Below are positions 13,756 through 27,285 of a stretch of 64,000 nucleotides of DNA, in pieces. Both the position numbers and the translations under genes were made by a program. Every line of letters begins with the position of its first letter. The stretch's first letter is position 1. A model generated the notes under the pieces. That model ran no database searches and was not told the origin of the DNA. It saw only the letters and a program-made list of their open reading frames with translations. Source of the DNA: Callorhinchus milii (taxonomy: Eukaryota); contig NW_024704743.1 of assembly GCF_018977255.1 (NCBI RefSeq), positions 112,966,001-113,030,000 of the forward strand, given 5' to 3'.

Positions 13756-15087
13756 TACCTGCGCATCATTTCCATTTTCCAGAAATTTATCCTACCATCT
13801 GCCTTCAAAATGTTTTTTTTCTCTCAAGTATCATTGTAGCTTCCCAATTCCCCCAGCTCAAATCAGTTCCCTTTCAGTTTCTCCATGCTGAACGGAAAAC
13901 GAAGAAAACATCAAGAACAAGGAGCAATGTCACCAGGTTGCTTCCCATCACTAGTTTTCTCTCTGTGCCACAGTAACTACTTTGATACATTTCCTAAATG
14001 TAGACCAAGGCCTTCATTCAAGAGACTGAAGTTAAAGTTGGAAGTGAACTAAGTACGAGTGAAGAATTATCTGACCCCCACCTCAAACTCCTCTAGTTTG
14101 TTGCTTGTGCTATGGTAGAATTCAACAGGAATCGCAAGTGTAATCACATCTGTTCTTCATGTGGAAATTTGCTTCGATGTTCAGCGTTACACAATACTAA
14201 ACACATCCTGGTAAAACTGTGCTCTTGCTTCATGAAGATGTATGATTTCCTAAAGCTTTCATTAAAGATACAAAGAAAACCCTCAGTAGCTACGATCACT
14301 AGGGTTTTCATGTTCTCATGGGACTTCATAAGTTCGAGTTCAAATCACTTGATGCATTATTTTAAATAATGAAAGTTACATTCAACCACTTCTCAGTTAC
14401 TACTAATATTAGGGATGTTGCTGAACGCGCTTGTTTTACTGCCTACAGTCAGTTTATAGCAATTCAATCCTTTCAAGGGAATTGTTCTTTCAATCATACC
14501 CAAAGCACATGTAGTTTATGTGAACCATCAAAAACATCTGTACATAGTAACAGTTTCAAATAGAAGTAGCTCATTGGTTCCCTTTAACCTATTCATTCCA
14601 CCTCCCAAATGATTTGTTCAAAATCTCTCACTCAGTCTAAAACACTGAATACCATCTCATTTCCAAAACTCAATTTAGTTCCTTTCAGATAATTTGTTCA
14701 TTTCCTGCTTCCACTACCTGATTTAATAAATCATCTACACGACAACCAAATCATAGCCCGGGTTCCCTAATAACACATTGGGCTGTGGCCCTGAGAATTT
14801 GTTATTTAAAACTCAAAATCCCATTGATGCACTTTAAATCCAAAATAAAGCAGTACAACATAAGAGTGTCAGGCGGATTTCTGTGCATACGTTCAGAGAA
14901 TTCACCAGTTTTGTGATGAGTGACGAGAACTAGCAACACTCGAACACAGGCAGTTATAAAAATCCTTACGTTTTATATAGCACCCATGTAAAGTAGGTTG
15001 TCCTTGTATGCACCCTAACTACTGCCTTATAAAGGAGTATTCCTGTAGTTTTTTATTTGCTGATCACCTTTTTACTGAACAAAAACA

Positions 15088-15905
15088 CCTGCCCCAATCA
15101 CTCCGCCTCACCCCCTCCTTAGCCTCCTTCAAGTCTTGCCTCAAAACCCTTCTCTTCGACCATGCCATCGGTCAACCCCCTTCCCCTCTCCCCCCCTGAC
15201 CGTAGCTCGGGTGAAATGCAATTGTCCTACGCCTTGGGACATCCTCCTGACATGAACGGCGCTATACAAATATAATCTTGTTGCTCTTCATTTACGTATG
15301 TTAAAACTATGCCCCCCTAGTTTTTGAATTTCCCAAATAGCAAAGAAAAATGTTAATTCCCTGATAAAAGCAATAATCTTGTCTATCAAGCACCCTACAC
15401 ACACTTCAGCCTTCTGCCTGATTTTCAAGAGAGAAAAGCTCTAGTTGTGTGGCCTTTTCCTTCATATTGTATATCTATCCCCAACTTCTATAATTTATCT
15501 AAATGGCTTTTTGCTTCACACCATTATTTTTGGTAAAAATGAGGAGACCAAATCTAAACAGAGTAATCCAGATGTCAAAGTCATCAAAGTCAAGTACAAT
15601 TTAAAGATCACCTCTCTTGCCATATACATTAGCTTCTTACACCAATTTATATAGAATGCACAGCCATTCAGCCACTCTGCCCCCACCCTCCGGAACTCCA
15701 TCCCACAGTCCCTCCACCTCACCCCCTCCCTAGCCTTCTTCAAGATCCATCTCAAGACCCTCCTCTTTGTCCGTGCCTTCGGTCACCTTCCTTCCCTCCA
15801 TCTCCCACAATCCCGAACCCAATTGCGGGTCCGAAACACTGATTGTCCAGCGCCTTGGACAGCCTCCCAATGTGAAAGGCGCTATACAAATGTAATTTTG
15901 TTGTT
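15088..15905 (+). mobile_element. Two L2 3'-end fragments (~15088-15283 and ~15660-15905)
   Basis: Both show ccttcaag...ctcaagaccctcctcttcgacc...ggcgctatacaaat..ttgttg ends. Confidence 0.75.
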
Positions 15906-16878
15906 AAAACAGGCCATTCTGTCCAGCTAGTCTGTGCCAGTGTTTATCCTCCACACATTTTCACCCACTTCTTACCCCCTCCCATACCTTCTATTCCCTT
16001 CTACCTCATGAATATATTAAGTTATATCCTTAGTTATATATATCCCAACTCCCAGCATATTACTTGCTTTCTCAACTACCTAGAATCACTGTACATATTT
16101 TAGTAAACTTACCACAAGGTCTCTCCTGTACAGCTTTATTAAATGTGGCATCATGCACGGACATCATTGTAGCTACTGACTTTATACACCTAAAAAGTTA
16201 TGGGAAGCAGTCAAGTCTTCATATTATAACACACACTGTTGTACCAGGATGTATTGAATATCATGAAAACTAATAAATTTTAAATAGTGTTTGAAGTAAC
16301 TTAACTTAATACAAACACATTCTGCGTTAATATGCAAGCTTTTTGTTTGAGAACACCTCCCCAGGACTTCAGAACATACATTGAACTGAATCAAGTGCAG
16401 CAGGAATCCACCATACATACAATACGGTGTTAAATCCTTTAGCTTTGCAGGTCTGATTACCCCCAGGCACAGAGAATGCTGTGCTATCAACTTGGCTCTT
16501 CTTTCCCTGTCACTTGGCATCTCGTCAAACTGCTCCCCAAAACAAGCAACCAATTGTAAATTAACTGGGTCACTTCAGCCTTCCCCACATCCAGATTCAC
16601 TGTGCTGTATCCATCTGCTTTCAATTCTTTAAGCATAAGGCTGCTACTAAAATTTCTAATCACACTCACTATATGCACAGGGATAAACTGGCACATATGA
16701 GAAAATTACTACAAAGCAAACACGATCTTACAGAAACACCATTATGCATAGAATCCAACTCAGTTTGATGTATTAACTGGCTAGTTATAATCTGCAAGGA
16801 ACACTCGTTTTACTAATAGGCCTTAGTGTTGAAAAAGGAAAGCTTACTTTTTTTTAGACTTTGTGGTCTAAAAAAACA

Positions 16879-17185
16879 AATAATAATAATAATCCTTGCA
16901 TTTGATATCTTTTCATATCTTCCAGATGTCTCAAAGCGCTTCACAGAATATAATGTAAAGTGAATTGACTGTATATTTGTGGGCAAAACGCGGCAGCCAA
17001 TTGCACATAGCAGTGTCCCACAAACAGTCGTGGATTGAAAATGACCAATTTATTATTGTTTTTTGTTTTGGAGGATTATTAGGCGTGTGGAGTAAGGAAA
17101 CTTGGCCAAGGTTTCGCCCTGCCTGGAATTGAACCCAGGTGTCTCGCTTGCAAGGCGAGTGCTCTAACCACTGAGCTACAGGACT
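16879..17185 (-). mobile_element. SINE family A
   Basis: Same head, body and (ATT)n tail as 400-717. Confidence 0.88.
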
Positions 17186-17959
17186 GTATAAAAATGTTGT
17201 GTGCACCAGATTATTGTGAAATAAACAAGAACGTCCTGAAAGGGAACAAGATTTTGCTGACATTCCTAACAGCACTAGATTTTTTTCTTATTTCTGGAAT
17301 TTTCAACCTTCTCCTCCATGTACAGGCAATAGGCAAGACAAACACACTAAACATGAAACCCAGCAGGAGATACCTAACAATTGGCTACACCCTCAAAATG
17401 CCTTTCGTTATCTGGAAATCAAAGGCATTTCTCAGCTACACTTTTTCATCAATGACAGCTGACCATTCAATTATAACTCTCAAAATTCAACTATAACCAT
17501 ATGAAAGGTTATACAGACTTACCAAAACGTTACCATCTATGCTAATAAAGACAAAGCGTCTGTCTGTCTATCTGTGTATCTGACACTGTCGCAATAACCG
17601 ATTGACGTAGAGCCGTGATTTATACCTTATCGGAAAGGTCTTGCAGCTGGCAATGTCATGAGCATATTTTTTCTGGGGATCTCCTATCATTGATGAGCTA
17701 TATTAAAAAATGCTTTAATAAAGTCCCAAAATATGAGCCATACATTGTATTCTGCAACTACGGAGCTACAGAGGAAAAGCACGCACCATTCAGAGAGATA
17801 CATCTATATTCTGCATCAAATGTATGGCACTTTTCTGGTGGCATGGGAGCTAGAGTCCTCCCATATGTGACAGACAGGGAGGCAGAGACAGAGAGACTGG
17901 GAGACAGAGACAGAATATATTATAAAGTGTAGTGACTGTTTTTTGTGGGAGAGAGAAAT

Positions 17960-18265
17960 TTACAATTCAGCAACCATCTGAGGACACTGGACATACATAA
18001 AGGCAAGGACAAAGATTTTGAACTCTATCCTCTGGGGATGGGGAGCAAATGGAGCCTGGTGAGGATCACAGAGCCTGGTGCAGAAGAGGACATGAGCTTC
18101 AGAGTTCTGGATAATCTGCATCTTATGAATGAAAGAGTTGGGAAAACCAACAAGCAAGGAGTTAGCGTAGTCGAGCCTCTATGTGACAAATGTGTGGATG
18201 AGGGTCTCAGCGGCCTGAGGGGAGAGGCAGTGCCGGGTAATTTTGCAGAGGTGGGGGAAGGTAGA
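17960..18265 (-). mobile_element. Degenerate L2 ORF2 fragment
   Basis: Track ORF 17960..18157 gives LVGFPNSFIHKMQIIQNSEAHVL...QRIEFKI. Confidence 0.7.
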
Positions 18266-19014
18266 ACAGATTATGGCACGAATTCAGCACAAAACACTAT
18301 GGGAAATGTACTAGAGTTCAGAACACTAATTGTATAAAGGAGCTGCATGTGCTGTACATGGGTCAAATTAAAACTCACAATGTTTGCTTTCTCTTGAGAT
18401 AAGAGCAAGGCATCTTGTAGATAAAATGAAAGAGCTCCCACATAACTATTCTTCTCAGAACCAATGACTAAAAACCATGAACAAAATAGAGCCAGAACTC
18501 GATTCATTAGGAGATGGTAGTTAACATCAACATGACTCTTTGGAAATTCCCATTTCTTATCTACTATTTAGCTTCTGTTCATTAACCTACTCACACAGGA
18601 AAAGGACAGAATGTTCTTCAGTGAAAATTAAACAGTTGTTCCCAAACTGTCTGTCAAATGAACCAGTTGACCATGAGGTTTAAAACATCATTATAATCAT
18701 TATGAAAAGTTTAAAAACTATGTTAAGCGAGTTTATATCCTGAGCAGCTGAGCCAAGTTAAATTCCTGGTCGGTGACATGTTAACTTCTCATCTGGGACA
18801 GTAGTAGCAATAGGAGACCAAAGACTCCCAGAGCTAGGGAGGAAGGGAGTGGAGAGAAGAGTGGGAAAAACGTGCTGCATTTGCTACCCAGTGACCCTTG
18901 CAAGAACTGGCACGGCAGTTCAGCGCTCTCTCTCTCTCTCTCTCCCCCCCCTACACTCAGTTGAATTCTTCACTACTCACCATTAAGTCTTACTTATGAA
19001 CAATATCACTCATG

Positions 19015-19465
19015 ATCTGTCTCAGTTGGAAGCACTCTCGCCTCTGACTCAGGCTGTGGGTTCAAGCCCCACATCAGGACTTGAACTCACATAGTCCAAG
19101 TTGACACACCAATCCGGTGCTTGGGGCATCCTGCATGGTCAGAACTGCTATCCTTTGGATGAGATGTTAAACCAAAGTTTAATATGAGTTAATACATTAA
19201 CTGCCTGTTCAAGGGGATGTTAAAGATCCCATGGTATTACTCGGAAAAAGAATGAAGTTTATTCTGGTGTCCCGGCTAATAAACCCTCAAATAAAATTGG
19301 TCACTTACTCCATGGCTGTTTGTGGGACATTACTGTTTGCAACTGGCTGACGCGTTTCACACATAAAATACACAGTCAATCCACTTTACAGTATATCCTG
19401 TGAAGTGCTTCGAGACATCTTGATGATGTGATAAGGCACTATATCAAATGGAATTATTATTATTT
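19015..19465 (+). mobile_element. SINE family B (DeuSINE/SacSINE1-like), near full length
   Basis: tRNA-like head, central tcctttggatgagatgttaaacc...gttaaagatcccatgg, and a tail shared with family A. Confidence 0.8.
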
Positions 19466-22400
19466 AAAAACTGCAAGGGGTTAGTACAAAAGCTGATTTC
19501 TGGTTGTATTGGTCAAAACAAAGTTTTTTTTCTGGGGTTTGGTACACCCCAGAAAAAAAATTCCCATCCCCAGAGAATAGAGTTCAAACCCAGAAAAAAT
19601 ATCTAGATGTGTACTAAAGGTAACTAGATGCACTCTTGAATTGTTCATTTATTTTCAAGGTATATGATAAAGGCAGGTTTTGAATTTGACCTGCCATTGT
19701 CAAATACAAACTCACAAGTGCTGACAAAGCCTTCACATGAAATACACAGATCCAGTTTAAAGCTATTCACCTTTAAATTTCTTCAACACAAACCAAAATA
19801 TTTTGTTTACAACTTTTAGATTATGGGGCAAGTCTCAGAATTTAGATTAGTTTCAACTTTGCTTATGTGTCAAGGGCATGGAACACACAATCCACAAATA
19901 GATAGGAAATGGGGTCTAATTTGCAGCTGTTTCAAATAGGATTTCGTAATAAGTCAAAAGTGCATCAGCTCTACGACCTTCCAACAGGATTTACATTGGA
20001 GCGGAGTTCCTTAAAATAATGAAGCTTACTTTCAGTTACTGGAAAGAATCCTCAATCGGCTTCCTAGAAGCATAGAAGAATCACAGAATCCTACAGCGCA
20101 GAAGGACACCATTCTCCCATCGTGCTGCTCTTTGAAAGATTTCTCTGATTAGTCCCACTCCCCCAATGTTTCCCCATAGCCTTGCTTTATGTTATGAAGG
20201 AATAATTTGAAATTGATGCACATTAGACCAATTTCTGTCTATGTTCTATACGTGACATTCTCTCATGACCTTTATCTTTTTCTGATCCAGTTTGCATTAA
20301 AAAATAAATATTTCTGAACAAGACAAGTTAATGAGCCAAAAGAGATGCCATATTTTCTTGAACTTTTGATTCCACAAGATCTCTTCCAATAACTCCACTT
20401 TCTGTACCAAAGACTTCTGAAAACTACACTCATATGCAGCACATCCTTGGCTTCCACCATTTCACGTTAATTAAAATCACTAATGATCATCTTCTCTCCA
20501 GCTCACCAGCCTCTTCACTGATTCCTTCACATTTTCCCCAACTGTAACTGCCAGCAAGAGGCCCACCTCTCGCCCTCATAACAGCAACAATTTCTGCACT
20601 CAACACTCTCATTTACCCAAATATTCTCATTCATCCACACATCATTGGCTGCTCCTTCCCAGGTTTATTTTTCCCCACATCGCTGCCTCCTCTTGGCCTC
20701 CTCAATTACTCATTCAAGTCCAATGAAAGTTTGAGTTGCAGGATTAGGGAGTTTTCTCAAGACAATCTACTATTGTAAAAACATGTCCTCCCAATTCTCC
20801 TCTAATGGGATTTCACAGATCATTACTCTTCACTGATTTGAATCCATTTTCCCCCTACATCTCACATTTAACAGCATTCCAAACTGCTTCTTGTTTTTTT
20901 AAAAAAGTGCGTCTTCCTGTGTGTGTTTTTTTAAAAACTTCACATCTTCCAACCTGGTTCGGCTGGGTTTAAATTGGGGGGTGGGGGGGGGTTGTGTAGA
21001 AGCAGTAGTGTAACTCAGGTCACTGTTTAAGATCTAACATTAGGTTTATGCCTAAATGCGCCACATCTTTCTCTTTTGGATCTGATCTTGATGAACTACT
21101 GTGGATTTTCAGCACGCTTTCTTTCTTTTTATTTAAAAAAGGCATTATAGTTGAACTCAACTTTCTATAGACAATAATCCATTACTTTGACAAATTCAAA
21201 TCATTGTCTTGTTAAAGTACTGCCTGCATTTCCCACTCAACGACATTAACATGAAATGGCAAAGGACAGCAGTTGTCTCCTAAAATCCCAGTTTCATATT
21301 GGTGGCCTTTCTAATCCCGTCGCTCAAACCAGAAAATGTAAAGAATGAAATTGGTCGCCTGGTTTTGTGTTTCACTATAACCAAAATTTTAATTCCCCCA
21401 TTGGCCATTTAAACTACCAGGAGGTTATTTTAACAAAATTAAAACTAGTACGATTTTCATACTGAATGGAAAATTAAATAAATTCAATTATTCTTTTCTC
21501 TTCATGGTGATTTTATTGTTTTCATAGTCCCCAAAATCAGTTAAAATGTAGAAACTTGAAGCACAGGTTATTTAACTACAGAAGAGACAACCAGTAGGTT
21601 AGATAATTAAGGCAGGTGCTTTTAACTTGAAGACTTTGGACATACTTCTTACCAAACATTTAATGGCGTTAACAATTCAACAACTTTCATTATAAGCACT
21701 GTAACACATTGTTGTAGAGCAATCTGTGGCCAATCTTTTTGGCTTTACATTCTTCTCTCTTCCCCCCACACAAAAAAAATAAGATTACAATGGACAATAT
21801 TCCAATTTCCTTTGTACTGAAATGGGAGCTGAAGATGGCAATGCTACTGCATATCACTTGAACGGTTTAAGAGCTAAATTGTTAAACTGTGAGACATGCT
21901 TAGTCATCAAAATTTGATCATTTTTTATCCTCATGTAATACAATTAACAGAATTGTGTTTGTTCTTTCGACTACTGCTTTCCTCACTATCTCACAGGGCT
22001 GGGAAATGTTGAGGATTACTCACTAGGAATCTGACGCAACCAACCACACATTCTAAATTCACAATAAGTTAACTTCTTCCAAGCTGAGGAAATATGTTCT
22101 TCAATTGTGAGAAGTTTGATTGTAAAAAGATTAAATACTGTATTACACAGCATCACTTCCTGGAGCCTTGGTTTGGTTGCATTTGTCTAACAGTAGTTGC
22201 TGTGGGAAGGCACTAGCCTGACATTTTTTCCTTCAATCTCTGGTGAAAACTTCTAACATAGGAAACAGTCCTGAAGCCTAAATGGAAGATGTTTGGTGTC
22301 AAGATCTCAGTAATAAACCCTTGGTCTAATTTGCTTTCCTGCCCTACTTGTACACTTTGCCAAATGTAAGGCTGGTTGACTAATTAATTTAGTTCAAGTA

Positions 22401-22763
22401 GCAAACTCATAGTTTCTCATATTAAGAAAGCCTTAGAACAAAAGATTCCATTTTCTAGCCAACAACTCCCACATGGGATTTGAATCTTCTGAGCTAATGT
22501 CAGAAAATATCTATCCTGTATAGTGTTTTTCCTGTAAGCTTAAGTTTCTTGTGACAGAATTCTTGCATTCAGAATTAGCATTTTGAATGATGGTGTAAAG
22601 TAAAAAGTACTGGCACAGCTAGTGTGTTTTACATAGTGATGCCTTGAACTAAAACCTCATGACAATAGATTGAATTGCAGTGATTCATGCAGAATTTCAG
22701 AATTCCACACGTTTGCATATTTGATTCAGTTTGAAGAACATTTGAAGACCATTATACGCTAGG

Positions 22764-22950
22764 TAATAATAATAATAATCCTTGCATTTGATATAGCGCT
22801 TTTCATGTCGGGAGGACGTCCCAAAGCGCTTCACAGAACACACTGTAAACTGAATTGACTGTATATATGTGGGCGAACGGGGCAGCCAATTGCGCACAGC
22901 AATGTCCCACAAACAGTCATAGATTGAAAATGACCAATTTATTATTGTTA
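22764..22950 (-). mobile_element. 5'-truncated SINE family A
   Basis: Matches the 3' ~185 nt of 400-717. Confidence 0.85.
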
Positions 22951-25900
22951 CATATTCTTTTAAAGCTCATATAAAGCTCCCACTCTCCCTGGATTCCTGT
23001 TCCCTTTTGGATCTGGCCAGTTTGAACCTAGAAAAGTGCATAGCTGGATTCAAATATCTGGGAAAAAATAGAGGACATAGTTCCCAAGATCCTGTAGAAT
23101 TTGTTCAAGTCCCAATGTGAGGTTTGAACCCACAACTTTCTTCCTCAGAGGCGAGAGTACTGCCGTCTGCGCCAGGTTGACAGGAAATTCAGTTTCTCTT
23201 TCCCAAAAATGTTTTTTATTAAACATAATCTTCACACCACCAGATGTATTGATTTGTTTCAGCATTGTAGTAAAATTCACAATTTAAAATCATTCAAGAA
23301 ATTATTAATATCCAATACATCTAATGCTGTTGAACTAAACTTTTCATTTATAAACATGGACCATTCTTACCAATCTGAAGCAAAATAGTTTATACTGCAT
23401 GTTGAGAGCGGAACTGTTCTTTCCCTCCTCCTCATTGTGTTACTGCAGAAGTGTTATCACTGAATCTATTCTTTGCCAATTGTTATTCTCAAGCCATAAA
23501 GTTGATGGAACACAAATGGACACCTCAGCTTTCACTTTAAAGTTTAGAAGAAATAATTGTGGTGTTACAGCAATCTCTTGCCATGAAAGATTCCATCATG
23601 AAGACGCTTGTGGCATTGGTTATATTTTAAATCAGGATTACTGAAACTACCCTAATAAATATTGCCTATGTACTCTTGTAATAATATGTTTAATATACTA
23701 CCTTTCACGTCAGGACATCTCAAAGCGATTTATAGGATGCCTCTTATAGTGACCTGTGTATTTGTAGGCAATTAGCAATTACTGTATTAACAATTACAAC
23801 TTGCAATTAGTTGCCCTAATTCCCATCTAAATTGGCAAACTGAATAATTAATGATGTTCAATCCCATGAACATATCATTAATAAATAATTTTCACAAAGC
23901 AGCATGACAAAAGGATCTGGAACTTCCTGCAGATTCTTATGCCATAACTAAAACAATAAATAAATGTAGTCTCAAATATGATCTCCAATAGCTTAGTTAA
24001 AGATACTGCATTGAAAATGCAAGATTGATGTCTGAAATACCAAACCGGTTGTTCAGAGTTTCTGAATAACTATCCTGTTTGAAATTTAATTTGAGATAGT
24101 GGTGACATTCTCCATCTGTTAATGCGCTGTGGGAGATACAGGGCAAAGTAAGGATCTTTCCTGGAATCAGGGGGAAGCTGGATGAGCCATCACTAAACAC
24201 TCCTGGCCGTGGTCCCAAAGGAGCTGGCAACTGGGAAGCCATCCTCTCCAAGTTTTCTTATTGTGCAATTGTAAAACAGAATATAATAATTTCTGTAAGA
24301 CAGTAGTTAATTGCTCTGCCCCAAATGAAGGGACTGTAGCACTTTGGGGTACCTTACTGGGAATAGAATTGCAAGGTCTGCCGACTGTCAGTTTTTAGGG
24401 AGGGTTTGGGGAATGAAAAGGCCTTTTAATATTCAATTTGATGTCTATCAGATGATAAACCTACTCATTAGAAAATTTTGACTTAAGCACTGGAGTAAGA
24501 TGTTCAAAAACGGCTAACATTTAAAATCAGACTGCATTAGGATTGTTACTATATTAATGGAAAAGGTAGTGGATGGAGCCTGGTTTGGCTGCTGATGTTA
24601 AAAGATAAAGGCAAGGAGGCTAGGCGCTGTAGGGGATGAGAAGAGGTGTTGACAGACACGGATTCTTCCAAGATCTGAAGTGGATGCAGGCACACTGGTG
24701 TTGAATTGTCAGGTATAAAGTCAACAGAAAACACAAAAATTAAGTGGAAAATTATTTATTAAAAGGGACTGTGGTAACATTGGTAAGGCTGTCAATATAA
24801 TATTTAGCATTTTAATATGGTTGTTAATTTATGCTGAAGATACTTGTGTAGATCTAGCATGTGTGTTCATTAAATAAAAATCTGCTAATTCCATGGCTCT
24901 AAATCAGCCCATTGTTTAAATGTGCAAACATTATGGTTAGAAGTTAGAGGCTGTCGATTTCAAAGTACGACCACTTGCAATTACCCAATGAGCAGATTCT
25001 ACCAATTCATACGGAGACTTGCACTTCTTACCATTTGGGTTCTTACCCTTCACTCTTGCTCATGCTGAGAAACGATTCCAGAGATCAACCACTCTCCAGT
25101 TCTCCAAGTGGCCATTCATCATGTATGAGCCTTGAAGTTTGGGTGCCAGCCACCATCATCAGATCTCACCAGGGAACGCTGTGCTGTGATTGGTTTGCAT
25201 GAGGTATCCATGACCAAACGATTGCTTCAATCAATCCACTACTAACAATGATACACCAAACTAAATTCAAGAGGCATAAATTACCAGTTGGGACTCTTCA
25301 CAAATGAACTGCAAAGGTGCAGACTTCAAAATCTTTGAAATAATGGAGATTGATTTAGCCCCAAGCTGTTACTTTCCCATCTTTATTTAACCTTCCCACA
25401 ACATTTTCTATCATTGGCGTACATTTAGACATAGTACAAAACCTGGCTGCTTGAACCCATAAGTAATTTGAAGGCATGTTTTCATTTTGGCGCAATTCTT
25501 GATAATTATAATAGCAAGCAAAGTAGATCATGGCAATTGTTCCATTTGAATGTTGTTGCTGCTGTAATCAGACACTGGCTATTTGCATTCAAACATTTCA
25601 GACAGACTTTCTGTATGGACCTGAATAACCTTCAGAATAGCTGCTCCCTTGATCATTGTACCATTGTAACAAGTTGTTCAAAACACCAACATTACAGAAT
25701 TGTACATGCCTTTAATATGAATCTGGGAAACATGCCCTACAACTAAAGGTCTGCTTTCTCCAATTTGTTCCCACCAGTATAAATAAGTATTAAAAATCAA
25801 ATATAGCAAAAAAAATTGTTGTGTAATTTAAGATCCACATTCTCCAACCTTTTACCTAATGACTTCTCAAATTGAACTCAGTATGGCCCGTTGGATTCTA

Positions 25901-26871
25901 TCTCTGTTCCTGGTCCCCAGATTCGTCATGCTTAGGTGCTGCTCCACGGGCAATAGAATTGACTGCCATCAACATCTCCATTATTGGAGCACGCAATTAC
26001 CAGTATGGTAGAAAAATCTTGGTCTTTTTCATTCAGCAATTCCTATGGTCAAGTGGCCACTGTTCATGTGTGAGCCTTGTTCACAGCAGTGCTTGACATC
26101 TCCATATCCAGCTCCCACACATGAACTAACAGTAGAGGGTGCTGAAGAGGGACCAACGGCAGGAAACCTGACTGATTTTAATCTACCCAACCGAGCCAAT
26201 TTAGCCTACCCATGCAGCACTGGCTGAGGCCAGGAAACACAGCATGGACCAGGATTTGAAACAAACATCCTGGACCATAAGCTGCAGCTCTATCGACACC
26301 ATCATAAGGTCACACTTCACTGGTTTATTGTAAATTCAGAATACAAATTCCTTTTGTAGTTGAGATTCCTTCAGGAGGCTGGGAATGCCCCCATTGTACA
26401 TTTCAAGAATAATCACAACAAACTGACCCACGCAGAACAAAAGATCCAAGGTTCACTTTTAAAGCAAACTACACTATTAGCCTGAGCTCAGGTCAAGCAT
26501 TGCACACACACCAGGATTCGTCTTGAATTGAATACAGACCATTTAAAGCAAAGTATGAAAGACATGATAGTACGCCAACAAAAAAAACTAAATGATTACT
26601 CCTGGACATGGGAAAAGCACTGGTTTAGTTCTATTATAAGCAGGACAAGAAATGAACCTTCTGAAGGGTAGCCCCTCAGCATTAATGAAACTCCTCCACC
26701 CCAGAAACATCTATTGGTTGGTTTGGGTAGGATTGCTTTCCATGTCCAGAACGCTGTTGAGCCACACTTAATGCATGCTGAAAGTGAAAGTTCATTGCCT
26801 ACCCACCAAAGTAAATCAGTGACATAGAATGAGATGCCTTCCTTGGTTGCCTTGCTAACTTTTCATTGGAC

Positions 26872-27285
26872 TTTTTTTTTGGTCAACCGGGTGTCTGACA
26901 CATGCAGAAACCCATCACCATGCTTAAGAGTATCCAAACCAAGCTGAGATTTTGGTCCATCCTACCTACACATGGAAATCCCAGAGATAGATTGTTGGAA
27001 TGGAATGCGCTCTCTCTCCCTGGAGCGATGCATCCTGCTTACCTAATTCCAGGAAGTATTAGGTGCAGGTTGCCAAGAGCCAAGACTTGGGGCCCCAGAA
27101 CCTATGATTTGGTGTTGGGTTAACTGCTGGAATCTAACCAGCTGAAACCACATAGCTGCCATTGATATCTGTCTGGCAAGCTTTCCCGTTGCTTGTCCAG
27201 CTAGGACCACATTACCCGTTAGGGCTTTGGCTTGCAGGGTTAACAGGAGCTGAATGGGATGACTCCCTGCCCCGAGTGACTGGTC
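26872..27285 (-). repeat. Unclassified A-tailed interspersed repeat, copy 2
   Basis: (T)n ggtcaaccgggtgtctgacaca...cttgtccagctaggaccac; reverse complement of copy 1. Confidence 0.75.
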